DNA of 64,000 nucleotides. Source: an uncultured bacterium (lineage in GTDB: Bacteria; Patescibacteriota; Minisyncoccia; UBA6257; 2-01-FULL-56-20). Made by a program: the position numbers and the translations under genes. Below are positions 55,656 through 63,997 of this stretch, piece by piece (positions within the stretch are counted from its first letter, which is position 1; the number at the start of each line of letters is the position of its first letter). The DNA lies in contig OY970126.1 in the NCBI GenBank assembly GCA_963705915.1, forward strand, positions 102,753-166,752, written 5' to 3'. A model generated the notes under the pieces. The model was given only the letters and a program-made list of their open reading frames with translations. It did not search any database and was not told where the DNA came from.

Positions 55656-55765
55656 CCCGGTTTTCCTTATATACTAAATTACCCGACCCCTCTTGGTCTA
55701 TGGTGCCAAAACTAGACTGCTGGGGGAAATGGATTCGAATCCAAGGAATCGGTTACAATTAAGGT

Positions 55766-57214
55766 ATGCTCGAAGACATTCTCGCTGACCGCCGCAAGAA
55801 GCTCGATACCCTCAAAAAGGCTGGCATCGATCCGTATCCTGCCCATGTAAAGCGCAGCTTTTCGGTTGGGCACGCGCTCGACCATTTTGATGAGCTCGAA
55901 AAGAGCCGCGAAGGCATCTCGCTTGTCGGTCGCGTGCGGAGCTTGCGCGACCAGGGGAAGATTATGTTTGCCGACCTTGAAGACGGCAAGGGAAAGATTC
56001 AGGTGGTCTTTAGGGGAGAGGACATCAAAGATTTGGATTTCTGGCGCAAGGTGATCGACCTCGGCGATTTCATTTCGGTCACGGGCCCGCTCTTCATCAC
56101 AAAGCGTGGCGAGCGGAGCATCGAAGTCCATCACATCCAGATGGCTTCGAAGGCGCTCTATCCGTTGCCCGACAAGTGGGAGGGACTTGAGGATATCGAA
56201 GCGCGACTTCGCGAGCGGTATCTCGACCTCATTGCGCATCCAGAAATCAAAGATCTTTTCATTAAGAAAGCTATTTTCTGGACGAGCGTCCGGGAGTTTT
56301 TGGAAACCGAAGGATTTTTGGAAGTCGAAACGAGCGTACTCGAATCGATGGCCGGCGGCGCCGAGGCAGAGCCATTCGTCACGCATCACAACGCGCTCGA
56401 TACGGAATTCTATCTTCGTATCTCGCTTGAGCTGCAGCTCAAGAAACTCGTCACGGGCGGCTTTGAAAAAATATTCGAGATCGGACGCGTATTCCGCAAT
56501 GAAGGTATCGATCGCGAGCACCTCCAGGATTTCACCTTCATGGAATGCTATTGGGCCTACCACGATTACCGCGACATGATGGAACTCATGCAGAGGATGT
56601 ATAAGTTCGTCATCGAAAAAACGATGGGTAGTTTGCGGACGGCTTCGCTCGGTTTCCATATAGACTGGGAAAAACCCTGGCCCGAAATCGATTACGTAAA
56701 GATTTTCAAAAAAGAGAACGGCTTTGATCCGCTCGAAGCGACGCATGAGCAGTTGTTCAAGCGGGCAAAGGATCTCGGCCTCGCGCCCGAAAAGGGATTG
56801 CAGAAAGGACGCCTCATCGACCTTGTGTATAAAAAGACGGTGCGGCCGAAGCTCATCGAGCCATGTTTCCTGGTTGGCCATCCGCTCATCGTCTCGCCGC
56901 TTTCAAAAGCGTCGCGTGAAAATCCGGAGATCGCCGAACGGTTCCAGATTGTGGCATGCGGGAGCGAACTGGGCAACGGCTATTCCGAGCTCAATGATCC
57001 GCAAGACCAGCGACAGCGGTTTGAAGCCCAGATGGATTTGAGGAAGAAAGGGGACAACGAAGCGATGCAGCTCGATGAAGATTTTTTGAAAGCGCTCGAA
57101 TACGGCATGCCGCCGACCGCCGGTTTTGGCATGTCGGAACGGGTATTCGCCATTCTCATGGATAAACCCGTGCGCGAGACGGTGTTCTTCCCGCTCATGC
57201 GACCCAAGAAATAA
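55766..57214 (+). CDS. lysS: lysine--tRNA ligase (class II)
   Basis: N-terminal OB anticodon domain, class II motifs (FMECYWAYHDYRDMMEL; GMPPTAGFGMSERVFAIL). Confidence 0.95.
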   Translation: MLEDILADRRKKLDTLKKAGIDPYPAHVKRSFSVGHALDHFDELEKSREGISLVGRVRSLRDQGKIMFADLEDGKGKIQVVFRGEDIKDLDFWRKVIDLGDFISVTGPLFITKRGERSIEVHHIQMASKALYPLPDKWEGLEDIEARLRERYLDLIAHPEIKDLFIKKAIFWTSVREFLETEGFLEVETSVLESMAGGAEAEPFVTHHNALDTEFYLRISLELQLKKLVTGGFEKIFEIGRVFRNEGIDREHLQDFTFMECYWAYHDYRDMMELMQRMYKFVIEKTMGSLRTASLGFHIDWEKPWPEIDYVKIFKKENGFDPLEATHEQLFKRAKDLGLAPEKGLQKGRLIDLVYKKTVRPKLIEPCFLVGHPLIVSPLSKASRENPEIAERFQIVACGSELGNGYSELNDPQDQRQRFEAQMDLRKKGDNEAMQLDEDFLKALEYGMPPTAGFGMSERVFAILMDKPVRETVFFPLMRPKK

Positions 57215-57265
57215 AAAAACACCACCGAGGTTCCTGGTGGTGTGCTTAAGATTACGATCGCTGGA

Positions 57266-57565
57266 TTAACTCGCGTTACGGAGCGGTCTTTCTGCACCGG
57301 AAGCGGGTGATAGTTCCTGGGGGTAAAATGCTTTTTTGAGGATTTCTGCTCTCGAGGCGAGCATCTCATTGAATTGTCGAAGTGTTTCCCTTCGGAAGCT
57401 GTCTTCTGCGCCGATATCTTTCTGGTGCGCAGTCACTGCCTCTTCGAACGTTTTATACTTATGGGCGCGCAGGTCCTGCTCAAAGCACGAGAAAATGTTC
57501 TGTGCGTTTCTTTTCGCCGAAGCCATATCGTTTTTGTCCATTGGTCTGGAGTAGCCCAAGGTCAT
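57266..57565 (-). CDS. hypothetical small protein downstream of dnaE
   Basis: 99 aa; GGGAGGA SD 4 nt upstream of ATG on minus strand. Confidence 0.45.
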   Translation of the reverse strand: MTLGYSRPMDKNDMASAKRNAQNIFSCFEQDLRAHKYKTFEEAVTAHQKDIGAEDSFRRETLRQFNEMLASRAEILKKAFYPQELSPASGAERPLRNAS

Positions 57566-57630
57566 GATGTCCTCCCGTAGCGTTTACGATTAAGTTACTC
57601 CGCTGTTTATAGCGCAAAATGCCGGGAAAA

Positions 57631-60600
57631 TCAAGCCTCTTCCAGCTTTTTTGCTTTCTCGCAAATCATTTTAAGCTCGCCGTCGCGTCGCGAAATTTTT
57701 CCTTCAACAACAACAACGGCATTTTCCGTCCAGGCCGATGCCGTTTTTTCGAGAACGCTGTTGAACACCACAATCTCCATCGGCTGTTGGGCAAGATCCT
57801 CGATCGTCACAAACATCATGGGTTGGCCGCTCTTTGTGAATATCTTATGGATTTTCGAAACAAGGCCAGCGGTGCGGACCAGTTTTTTCTCATCATGGAT
57901 GGCGGCAAGCTCAGCGATGGGTTTCGCCTGATAGTGCTTGATCATATCGGCGTGCGCGGTCATCGGATGGTCGGAAATGAAGAACCCGATCAGTTCTTTT
58001 TCCCAGGCAAGCTTTTCTCCCGGCGCCGCCGGCGCCGTCGGCTTTAGCTTGAGATTAAATTTTGGCGTCGCATCGCCAAAAAGAGAATTCGATCCGTTCA
58101 TGGCGCCCCCGCGCTTCATGGCGGTTGCGAATTTGAGGATTTCATCGATGTTTTCGAGCGCTTGTTTCCGCTCAACGCCAAGCGAGTCCAACGCGCCGCT
58201 CTTCACTAAACTTTCGATGGATTTTTTATTGAGATCCTTGTGTTGGTTTCGCGTGAGAAACTCTTCGAAGTTTTTGAACGGACCATTGCGCGTGCGTTCT
58301 TCGATGATCGCCCGGGTGATTTCCGAGCCGACATTTTTGATCGCAAGCAATCCAAAACGAATCTTGTCGCCTTCGGGCGCAAAATTGATATAGCTGCTGT
58401 TGATATCCGGGGGTAAGATGGTGAGGCCGGATATTTTTGCTTCTTGGATAAGAAATGAAATTCGCTCGATGTCGTTCATTTCGGCATTGAGAAGCGCGGC
58501 CATGAACTCTTCCGGATAGTTGGCTTTGAGATAGGCGGTCCGATATGCGGTTGTTGCGTAGCAGGCGCTGTGCGCTTTGTTGAATCCGTAGCGGGCAAAT
58601 GGTTCGATGAGCGCCCATGCCTTTTCAGCCGTCTTTTCAGGAATATTATTCTTGAGCGCGCCCTTCACAAACTTTTCCTCTTGCTCGTTAAGAAGTGTTT
58701 TGATTTTTTTGGCGACGGCTTTGATGAGAAGATAGCCTTCGCCGCGGGTGAGGCCCGCAAGCTTCGTGGCAAGATCCATCACCTGTTCCTGATATACGAT
58801 GACGCCGTACGTCGTTTTGAGCGTTTCCTCCATCACGGGATGGACGTACGTTATTTTTTCCTGTCCGTGTTTGCGCTTGATATAGCTCGGAATAAGTTCC
58901 ATCGGGCCTGGGCGGAACAAGGCGACGAGCGCGATCAGGTCTTCGAGGCCGGTCGGTTTCAGGTCTTTCATATAGCGGCGCATGCCGGAACTTTCGAATT
59001 GAAAAACGCCAGTCGTGTCGCCGCGCTGGAGTAATGCAAACGTCTTCGGATCGTCGAGCGGTATAGAAGAAATGTCGAGCTGCACGCCGTGAAGGTCTTT
59101 GATAATCCGGACGGCGTCTTCGATGATGCTCAGGTTTTTGAGCCCAAGGAAATCGATTTTAAGAAGACCGAGATCTTCGATGGCATGCATCTCGAACTGG
59201 GTGATCGTCGTGTCTTTTTCTTGCGGTGCAAATTGGATGGGTACCCGTTCAACGAGTTGATCTTTTGCGATCACCGTTGCGCACGCATGGACCGAAGCGT
59301 GGCGTGCGACGCCCTCAAGATGTCGGGCGGTGTCAATCAGCCGTTTCGCTTCGGGGTTCGTTTCGTAAATCGTTTTAAGTTCCTGCACCTTTTCCAAGCA
59401 TTCATCGAGCCATCCTTCTTTCATGCCTTGCGTTGGGTTGAAGGGGATGAGCTTTGCGATCTGATCGCAGAAGGCATAGGAATATCCCATCGCACGGCCG
59501 GCATCGCGGATGGCAGCGCGGGCCGCCATCGTTCCGAACGTTATAATGCGCGCAACGCGGTCTTCGCCGTATTTTTCGCGGGCATACGCGAGCACTTCGT
59601 CCCGACGGGTGTCGGCGAAGTCGATGTCGATATCGGGCATCTGTATACGTTCGGGGTTGAGGAACCGCTCGAAGAGCAGATTGTAGCGCAGGGGATCAAT
59701 ATCGGTGATTCTAAGGATATAGGAAACCAAGCTGCCCGCAGCCGATCCTCGGCCGGGTCCGACGGCAATGCCGTGCGCTTTCGCCCAGTTGACGAGGTCT
59801 TGTACGATAAGAAAATAATCGGCAAAGCCTGTTTTCTCGATGACGCCGAGTTCGTAGTCCAGTCGTTTTGTAATCTCCGGATCCTCGCTGCCTTTTGGAA
59901 AGCGGAGCGGCAATCGTTCGTCGACGAGTTCGCGAAGATATGCATTGGCTGTCTTTCCGTCTGGTTTTGGAAAATCGGGGAGCAGCGTTTTGCCAAGTTC
60001 CAGCTCAACGTTACACCGCTCGGCAATTTCAGCAGTCCGCGCAATGGCGGCTTCGCCGCCAGGAATGCTCGCAAATTTTTCCGCCATCGCCGCGGGCGAC
60101 AGCACGGAAAAATCGTCTTCTTTCATGCTCATCCGATCATCGTCGGAAAGCCGGTTGCCGGTTTGCACGGCAAGGAGAACGTCGTGATAGTCGCGATCTT
60201 CAGATCGTAGATAGTGGCTGTCCTGCGTTGCGACGAGTGGTATGCCGGTTTCCTCGGAAAGTTTTATGAGCAGAGGCTCGACTTTTTCCGAGTCCGCCAC
60301 GTTCGGGTGTTTTTGCAGTTCCAAGAAATAATTTCCTTTGCCAAAGATTTCTTGATAGTCGAGTGCGCATTTTTTTGCCTCTTCGTATTTACCGGCGAGA
60401 AGGCAGCTCGCAATTTCGCCGCCGAGACATGCGGAAAGGGCGATCAAGCCCTCATGATGTTCGCGGAGCAAATCTTTGTCGACGCGGGGACGGTAATAAA
60501 ATCCTTCAAGATGGGCCTTCGAAACAAGTTTTATCAAATTTTTCCAGCCAACCTGATTTTCTGCGAGCAGGATGAGATGGTAATAACGTTCGTTCGATTC

Positions 60601-60837
60601 TTTTGAAAAGCGATCTCGCGGCGCAACGTAGGTCTCAACACCCAAGATGGGTTTGATGCCATTCTTTTTCGCCGCCTTATAAAATTCAACAGCGCCATAG
60701 AGGACGCCGTGATCGGTGACTGCAATCGAATCCATTCCGAGCTCTTTTGTCCGCTCTACGAGCGCATCAATTTTGGTGAGCCCGTCGAGCAGGGAATAAT
60801 GCGAATGCGTATGAAGATGGGTAAATTTGGTTGGCAT
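57631..60837 (-). CDS. dnaE: DNA polymerase III subunit alpha
   Basis: PHP domain HLHTHSHYSLLDG, palm/fingers motifs, OB fold; 1068 aa. Confidence 0.95.
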   Translation of the reverse strand: MPTKFTHLHTHSHYSLLDGLTKIDALVERTKELGMDSIAVTDHGVLYGAVEFYKAAKKNGIKPILGVETYVAPRDRFSKESNERYYHLILLAENQVGWKNLIKLVSKAHLEGFYYRPRVDKDLLREHHEGLIALSACLGGEIASCLLAGKYEEAKKCALDYQEIFGKGNYFLELQKHPNVADSEKVEPLLIKLSEETGIPLVATQDSHYLRSEDRDYHDVLLAVQTGNRLSDDDRMSMKEDDFSVLSPAAMAEKFASIPGGEAAIARTAEIAERCNVELELGKTLLPDFPKPDGKTANAYLRELVDERLPLRFPKGSEDPEITKRLDYELGVIEKTGFADYFLIVQDLVNWAKAHGIAVGPGRGSAAGSLVSYILRITDIDPLRYNLLFERFLNPERIQMPDIDIDFADTRRDEVLAYAREKYGEDRVARIITFGTMAARAAIRDAGRAMGYSYAFCDQIAKLIPFNPTQGMKEGWLDECLEKVQELKTIYETNPEAKRLIDTARHLEGVARHASVHACATVIAKDQLVERVPIQFAPQEKDTTITQFEMHAIEDLGLLKIDFLGLKNLSIIEDAVRIIKDLHGVQLDISSIPLDDPKTFALLQRGDTTGVFQFESSGMRRYMKDLKPTGLEDLIALVALFRPGPMELIPSYIKRKHGQEKITYVHPVMEETLKTTYGVIVYQEQVMDLATKLAGLTRGEGYLLIKAVAKKIKTLLNEQEEKFVKGALKNNIPEKTAEKAWALIEPFARYGFNKAHSACYATTAYRTAYLKANYPEEFMAALLNAEMNDIERISFLIQEAKISGLTILPPDINSSYINFAPEGDKIRFGLLAIKNVGSEITRAIIEERTRNGPFKNFEEFLTRNQHKDLNKKSIESLVKSGALDSLGVERKQALENIDEILKFATAMKRGGAMNGSNSLFGDATPKFNLKLKPTAPAAPGEKLAWEKELIGFFISDHPMTAHADMIKHYQAKPIAELAAIHDEKKLVRTAGLVSKIHKIFTKSGQPMMFVTIEDLAQQPMEIVVFNSVLEKTASAWTENAVVVVEGKISRRDGELKMICEKAKKLEEA

Positions 60838-60939
60838 AGTTCTTTCAGGCCTTTCGGCCGTCGTTGCCCCCGCAAGCGAGGATGCAGAACGTTGAAAATT
60901 CCTTTACATTTTACTATAGCTCTATAATATATGAAAGTC

Positions 60940-61011
60940 GCCGGAGTAGCTCAATGGCAGAGCAGCGCTTTTGTAAAGCGAAGGTTGGAGGTTCGACTCC
61001 TCTCTCCGGCT
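60940..61011 (+). tRNA. tRNA-Thr (anticodon TGT)
   Basis: Hand-folded cloverleaf: acceptor gccggag/ctccggc, D stem gctc/gagc, anticodon loop tttgtaa, T arm ggagg-ttcgact-cctct; one G-A mismatch at 27-43. Confidence 0.75.
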
Positions 61012-61075
61012 CATGGATAGCGCCGTCGCTGTTTTTTTAATCAATTTTTAATCTTGCGTTGTTATACTGGGTTGA

Positions 61076-61660
61076 ATGATAGAAAGGTCCGTACTTTCAG
61101 GCTTGTATAAAGATCGTCAAAAATCAATGCAAGAAATTGCAGATTTTTTAGGTTGCTCGTTGCACCAAGTCGTTTTTTGGATGAAAAAATATGGTATCAA
61201 GGCTCGAAGTCGTAGCGAGGCCATCTATATAAAAAATAACCCCAACGGCGATCCGTTCAGCGTCGATCTTTCAAGCGATCCAGAAAAAATGAAACTCCTT
61301 GGATTAGGTATCGGACTTTATTGGGGTGAAGGAACAAAAGCAAGCAAGGGATCAATTCGGCTAGGTAACACAGATCCGAAACTTATTAAAACTTTTATAG
61401 AGTTTCTTGAGAAGATATTTCATATCAAAAGAGATAAGCTAAAGTTTGGATTGCAGTTATTTACTGACATCACTATTAACGAAGCGCTGGACTTTTGGAC
61501 CAAAAAACTTAATATACAAAGGAGCCAAATCAACAAGCCAGTAATTACAAAGTCTGGTTCGTTGGGTACTTATCGAAAGAAGAGCCAATACGGCGTACTG
61601 ACGGTTATGTATCACAACAAAAAGCTCAGAGACATTCTGATGGGTTTATTGCCGATGTAG
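61076..61660 (+). CDS. HTH + LAGLIDADG-like homing-endonuclease-family protein
   Basis: N-terminal HTH (MQEIADFLGCSLHQVVFWMKKYGIK); LLGLGIGLYWGEGTKASKGSIRLGNTD...LIKTFIEFLEKIF aligns to single-motif LAGLIDADG (helix + GxG + beta) proteins; stop codon overlaps 5' end of intron-containing tRNA. Confidence 0.45.
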   Translation: MIERSVLSGLYKDRQKSMQEIADFLGCSLHQVVFWMKKYGIKARSRSEAIYIKNNPNGDPFSVDLSSDPEKMKLLGLGIGLYWGEGTKASKGSIRLGNTDPKLIKTFIEFLEKIFHIKRDKLKFGLQLFTDITINEALDFWTKKLNIQRSQINKPVITKSGSLGTYRKKSQYGVLTVMYHNKKLRDILMGLLPM

Positions 61661-61917
61661 CTCAGTTGGTAGAGCAACTCCATGGTAGACCGAGAGGTCG
61701 TGCCCACGATTAAGGAAACTTATTCGTGAATCCCGAATTACGGTCAAAGACCTTCGCGGGTTAAGACCGTGGCGAGTGCATATTCGCCCGAACGACTGAC
61801 AAGGGGCGCTACGCTGCAAACAGTATGCGCAAGATACAGTCTAATCCTCATATAAGATGTTCGAAGTTGAGGTATCAATGAAGGAGTAGGTCGCCGGTTC
61901 AAATCCGGCCATCGGCT
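61651..61917 (+). tRNA. tRNA-Thr (anticodon GGT) interrupted by a ~194-nt group I intron after position 36
   Basis: Exon 1 61651-61686 (acceptor gccgatg, D arm gctc-agttggta-gagc, ac stem actcc, loop atggt); exon 2 61881-61917 (aa, ggagt, aggtc, T arm gccgg-ttcaaat-ccggc, catcggc, t). Exons assemble into a perfect 73-nt cloverleaf. Confidence 0.7.
61687..61880 (+). ncRNA. group I intron (small, Azoarcus/IC3-like) in tRNA anticodon loop
   Basis: 5' exon ends in U, intron ends in G; internal segments resemble group I core (cggtcaaagacc; gcgggttaag; gactgac...acagtc P7-like pairing; caagatacagtctaa). Confidence 0.55.
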
Positions 61918-61958
61918 CAAGGTTGATTTTTTCTGCCGGGCATAGTACGATATTCCCC

Positions 61959-62138
61959 ATGGCTAAAGTAAAACGAGCCGATCGGTTGATCACTCTGCGC
62001 TGCTCCGTTTGCAAGCGGCGTAATTACTATACGAACAAAAACAAGAAAGTTGTTGAGCGTAAAATTGAATTGCAAAAGTTCTGCAACTGGTGCCGTGCAA
62101 AAACCCTCCACAAAGAGGCTCGCATCACCGGAAAGTAA
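61959..62138 (+). CDS. rpmG: 50S ribosomal protein L33
   Basis: MAKVKRADRLITLRCSVCKRRNYYTNKNKKVVERKIELQKFCNWCRAKTLHKEARI (Zn-ribbon C..C...C..C). Confidence 0.9.
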   Translation: MAKVKRADRLITLRCSVCKRRNYYTNKNKKVVERKIELQKFCNWCRAKTLHKEARITGK

Positions 62139-62181
62139 AAAATTGCGCTCCGCCTCAAAACGGGGCACAATTTTTAGGTAG

Positions 62182-62255
62182 GGGAGCTTAGTTAAATGGT
62201 ATAACTGCGGTCTCCAAAACCGCCGTCGGAGGTCCGATTCCTCCAGCTCCCGCCA
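62182..62255 (+). tRNA. tRNA-Trp (anticodon CCA), CCA end encoded
   Basis: gggagct/agctccc acceptor, D stem gtta/taac, anticodon stem gcggt/accgc with loop ctccaaa, T arm ggagg-tccgatt-cctcc. Confidence 0.85.
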
Positions 62256-62296
62256 ATACACATCGCTCGCGAAAGCCGGAATGCTACACTAAAAGT

Positions 62297-63832
62297 ATGA
62301 AAAAGATAGGCATTTGGGTGGCCGTGATAGCGTTCATCGTAGTTTTCCCTCATAGCTTTATTGCAAACGCGCAGAATGTTCCGCCGCCAACGGTGCCGAC
62401 GGGAGTTTCTGCATACATCACCCAAGCAGGACAAGTATATGTTTCCTGGAATCCAGCCTCGAGCACCATCGGGATCGAAGGATATTATCTTTATCGCGAC
62501 GGACAAGAAATTGCGAACACGCCCGGTTTGCTTTTTTATACCGACAATGCGCCGGCCGGTAGTCACACCTACAGCGTGAGCGCTTACGATTCGGAAGGCA
62601 ACACCTCGGGGCAGTCTGCGCCGTCCCAGGTTATAACCCTTGTGCAAGACCAACCGCCGACCGCTCCCACGAACATCACGTTCATTCCGTCGTCTTCGTC
62701 GGTAGCTTTTTCTTGGGATGCTGCCACGGATAACATTGCGGTCATCGGCTACTACATCTATCGCAACGGCCAAAAATTAATTCTGCAGAATGCGATCACC
62801 GGCACAAGCTTCACCGATACCGGACTTGCAACAGGCTACACCTATAGCTATCAAATCGGAGCGTACAACGCGCAAGGGTACATCACGCGATCAGCGCCGA
62901 TAAACGTGACAACAATTTTTGACATAACGCCGCCGTCGGCGCCAAGCAACGTGACAGCAAAAGCGATTTCATCTTCTGAGATAGACCTTTCCTGGCATCC
63001 CGCAACGGACAATATTGCCGTTGTGAATTATGCCGTATATAGAAATAGTCAGCTGCTCGGTTATGTAAACGGCACGAGTACAACCTACGCTGACACAGGG
63101 TTGTCGGCTAACACCTTATATTCATATCAAATTCAGTCGGTTGATGAAGTTGGCAATGTTTCCACGTTGAGCATCCCGCCAGCAACCGCATCGACGCAGC
63201 CGCAGGATCTCACGCCGCCATCGATCCCATCGAATATCCAATATGTTTCGCCCTCGACTTCAGAGATCGATCTTTCGTGGCATTCCTCAACCGACAACGT
63301 CGGTGTCGCCGGATATTATATCTATCGAGACGGAAACGAAATTGGGAGTACGGCCTCTACAACCTATGCCGACACCGGCCTTGCAACCGACACAACCTAT
63401 CAATATGCCATAAAGGCATACGATGCTGCAGGAAATATTTCCCCGCAGCAATCGATTGGCGCGACAACGCTCATCAATAATCCCGTGGCGCCGATGCAGA
63501 CGAGCACGCCGCCGCAAGTGCCGCCATCTTCTCCGCCGCCAAGTACGCCTCCGTATTCACCACCGTCAACGCCGCCGCAAACGCCGATGTTCACGTTCAC
63601 AACCGGACTTTACTTCGGCATGCGTGGGGCGAATATAGTTGATTTACAAACGGTGCTTATAGCACAAGGCGACCTTGGCTCGCAATATGCAACCGGCTAC
63701 TTTGGCTTACTCACGCAGGCGGGGGTCCAGAAGTTCCAATGTTCGAAAGGCATCGTTTGTTCGGGGAGTCCCTACACGAACGGCTATGGTTCCGTTGGCC
63801 CCCGCACGCGGGCCGCGTTGAACTCGCTCTAA
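62297..63832 (+). CDS. secreted cell-wall protein: signal peptide, 4 fibronectin type III-like repeats, Pro-rich linker, C-terminal peptidoglycan-binding (PG_binding_1-like) domain
   Basis: Four repeats with (Y)Y(L/I)YR(D/N)GQ and TSY/TYxY motifs; PPQVPPSSPPPSTPPYSPPSTPPQTP linker; C-term DLQTVLIAQGDLG...GYFGLLTQAGVQKFQ. Confidence 0.7.
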   Translation: MKKIGIWVAVIAFIVVFPHSFIANAQNVPPPTVPTGVSAYITQAGQVYVSWNPASSTIGIEGYYLYRDGQEIANTPGLLFYTDNAPAGSHTYSVSAYDSEGNTSGQSAPSQVITLVQDQPPTAPTNITFIPSSSSVAFSWDAATDNIAVIGYYIYRNGQKLILQNAITGTSFTDTGLATGYTYSYQIGAYNAQGYITRSAPINVTTIFDITPPSAPSNVTAKAISSSEIDLSWHPATDNIAVVNYAVYRNSQLLGYVNGTSTTYADTGLSANTLYSYQIQSVDEVGNVSTLSIPPATASTQPQDLTPPSIPSNIQYVSPSTSEIDLSWHSSTDNVGVAGYYIYRDGNEIGSTASTTYADTGLATDTTYQYAIKAYDAAGNISPQQSIGATTLINNPVAPMQTSTPPQVPPSSPPPSTPPYSPPSTPPQTPMFTFTTGLYFGMRGANIVDLQTVLIAQGDLGSQYATGYFGLLTQAGVQKFQCSKGIVCSGSPYTNGYGSVGPRTRAALNSL

Positions 63833-63844
63833 ATAACCGCCGGG

Positions 63845-63872
63845 TTGACATTTATTCTGGTTCGGCTATACT
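63845..63872 (+). promoter_or_regulatory. consensus promoter TTGACA-16-TATACT
   Basis: ttgaca tttattctggttcggc tatact; followed by ~100 nt with hairpins and an intrinsic terminator, no long ORF. Confidence 0.5.
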
Positions 63873-63971
63873 GCTATCAATTCCAATGACGCATGGGTTG
63901 TGGCTCAAGCCGAGAGGCTTGGATCGCATAAATCCCGGCCGAGGATAATCAAATAGCTTTGATTATTGTCG

Positions 63972-63997
63972 TAGCGCCTTTGGAAAGGCGTTTTTTA
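63972..63997 (+). terminator. intrinsic terminator
   Basis: agcgcctttggaaaggcgtttttt. Confidence 0.6.

Larger units (their letters stand above)
52589..55700. mobile_element. AT-rich genomic island between mnmA and lysS (no integrase retained)
   Basis: Abrupt drop in GC relative to flanks (visible by eye); begins with palindrome-rich spacer and a duplicated mnmA 3' fragment; carries SIR2-like gene and small membrane ORFs. Confidence 0.5.

Noticed and set aside
55725-55750. tRNA-like T-loop sequence tggattcgaatcca between the island and lysS
   Set aside because: No acceptor, D or anticodon arms could be paired on either strand. It is a 14-nt palindrome, more likely an operator or chance match than a tRNA remnant. 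Noted only as a weak hint of a former attachment site.
55712-56881. 389-aa ORF on the minus strand
   Set aside because: Lies entirely antisense to lysS, whose product has clear class II LysRS motifs. Long antisense ORFs are expected in GC-rich coding DNA. No RBS or motif.
59089-60210. 373-aa and other long ORFs on the plus strand inside dnaE
   Set aside because: Antisense to an unambiguous 1068-aa DnaE. Composition-driven open frames.
63480-63600. Pro/Ser/Thr-rich repetitive DNA (PPQVPPSSPPPSTPPYSPPSTPPQTP)
   Set aside because: In-frame low-complexity linker within the Fn3/PG-binding protein, not a CRISPR or tandem-repeat element.
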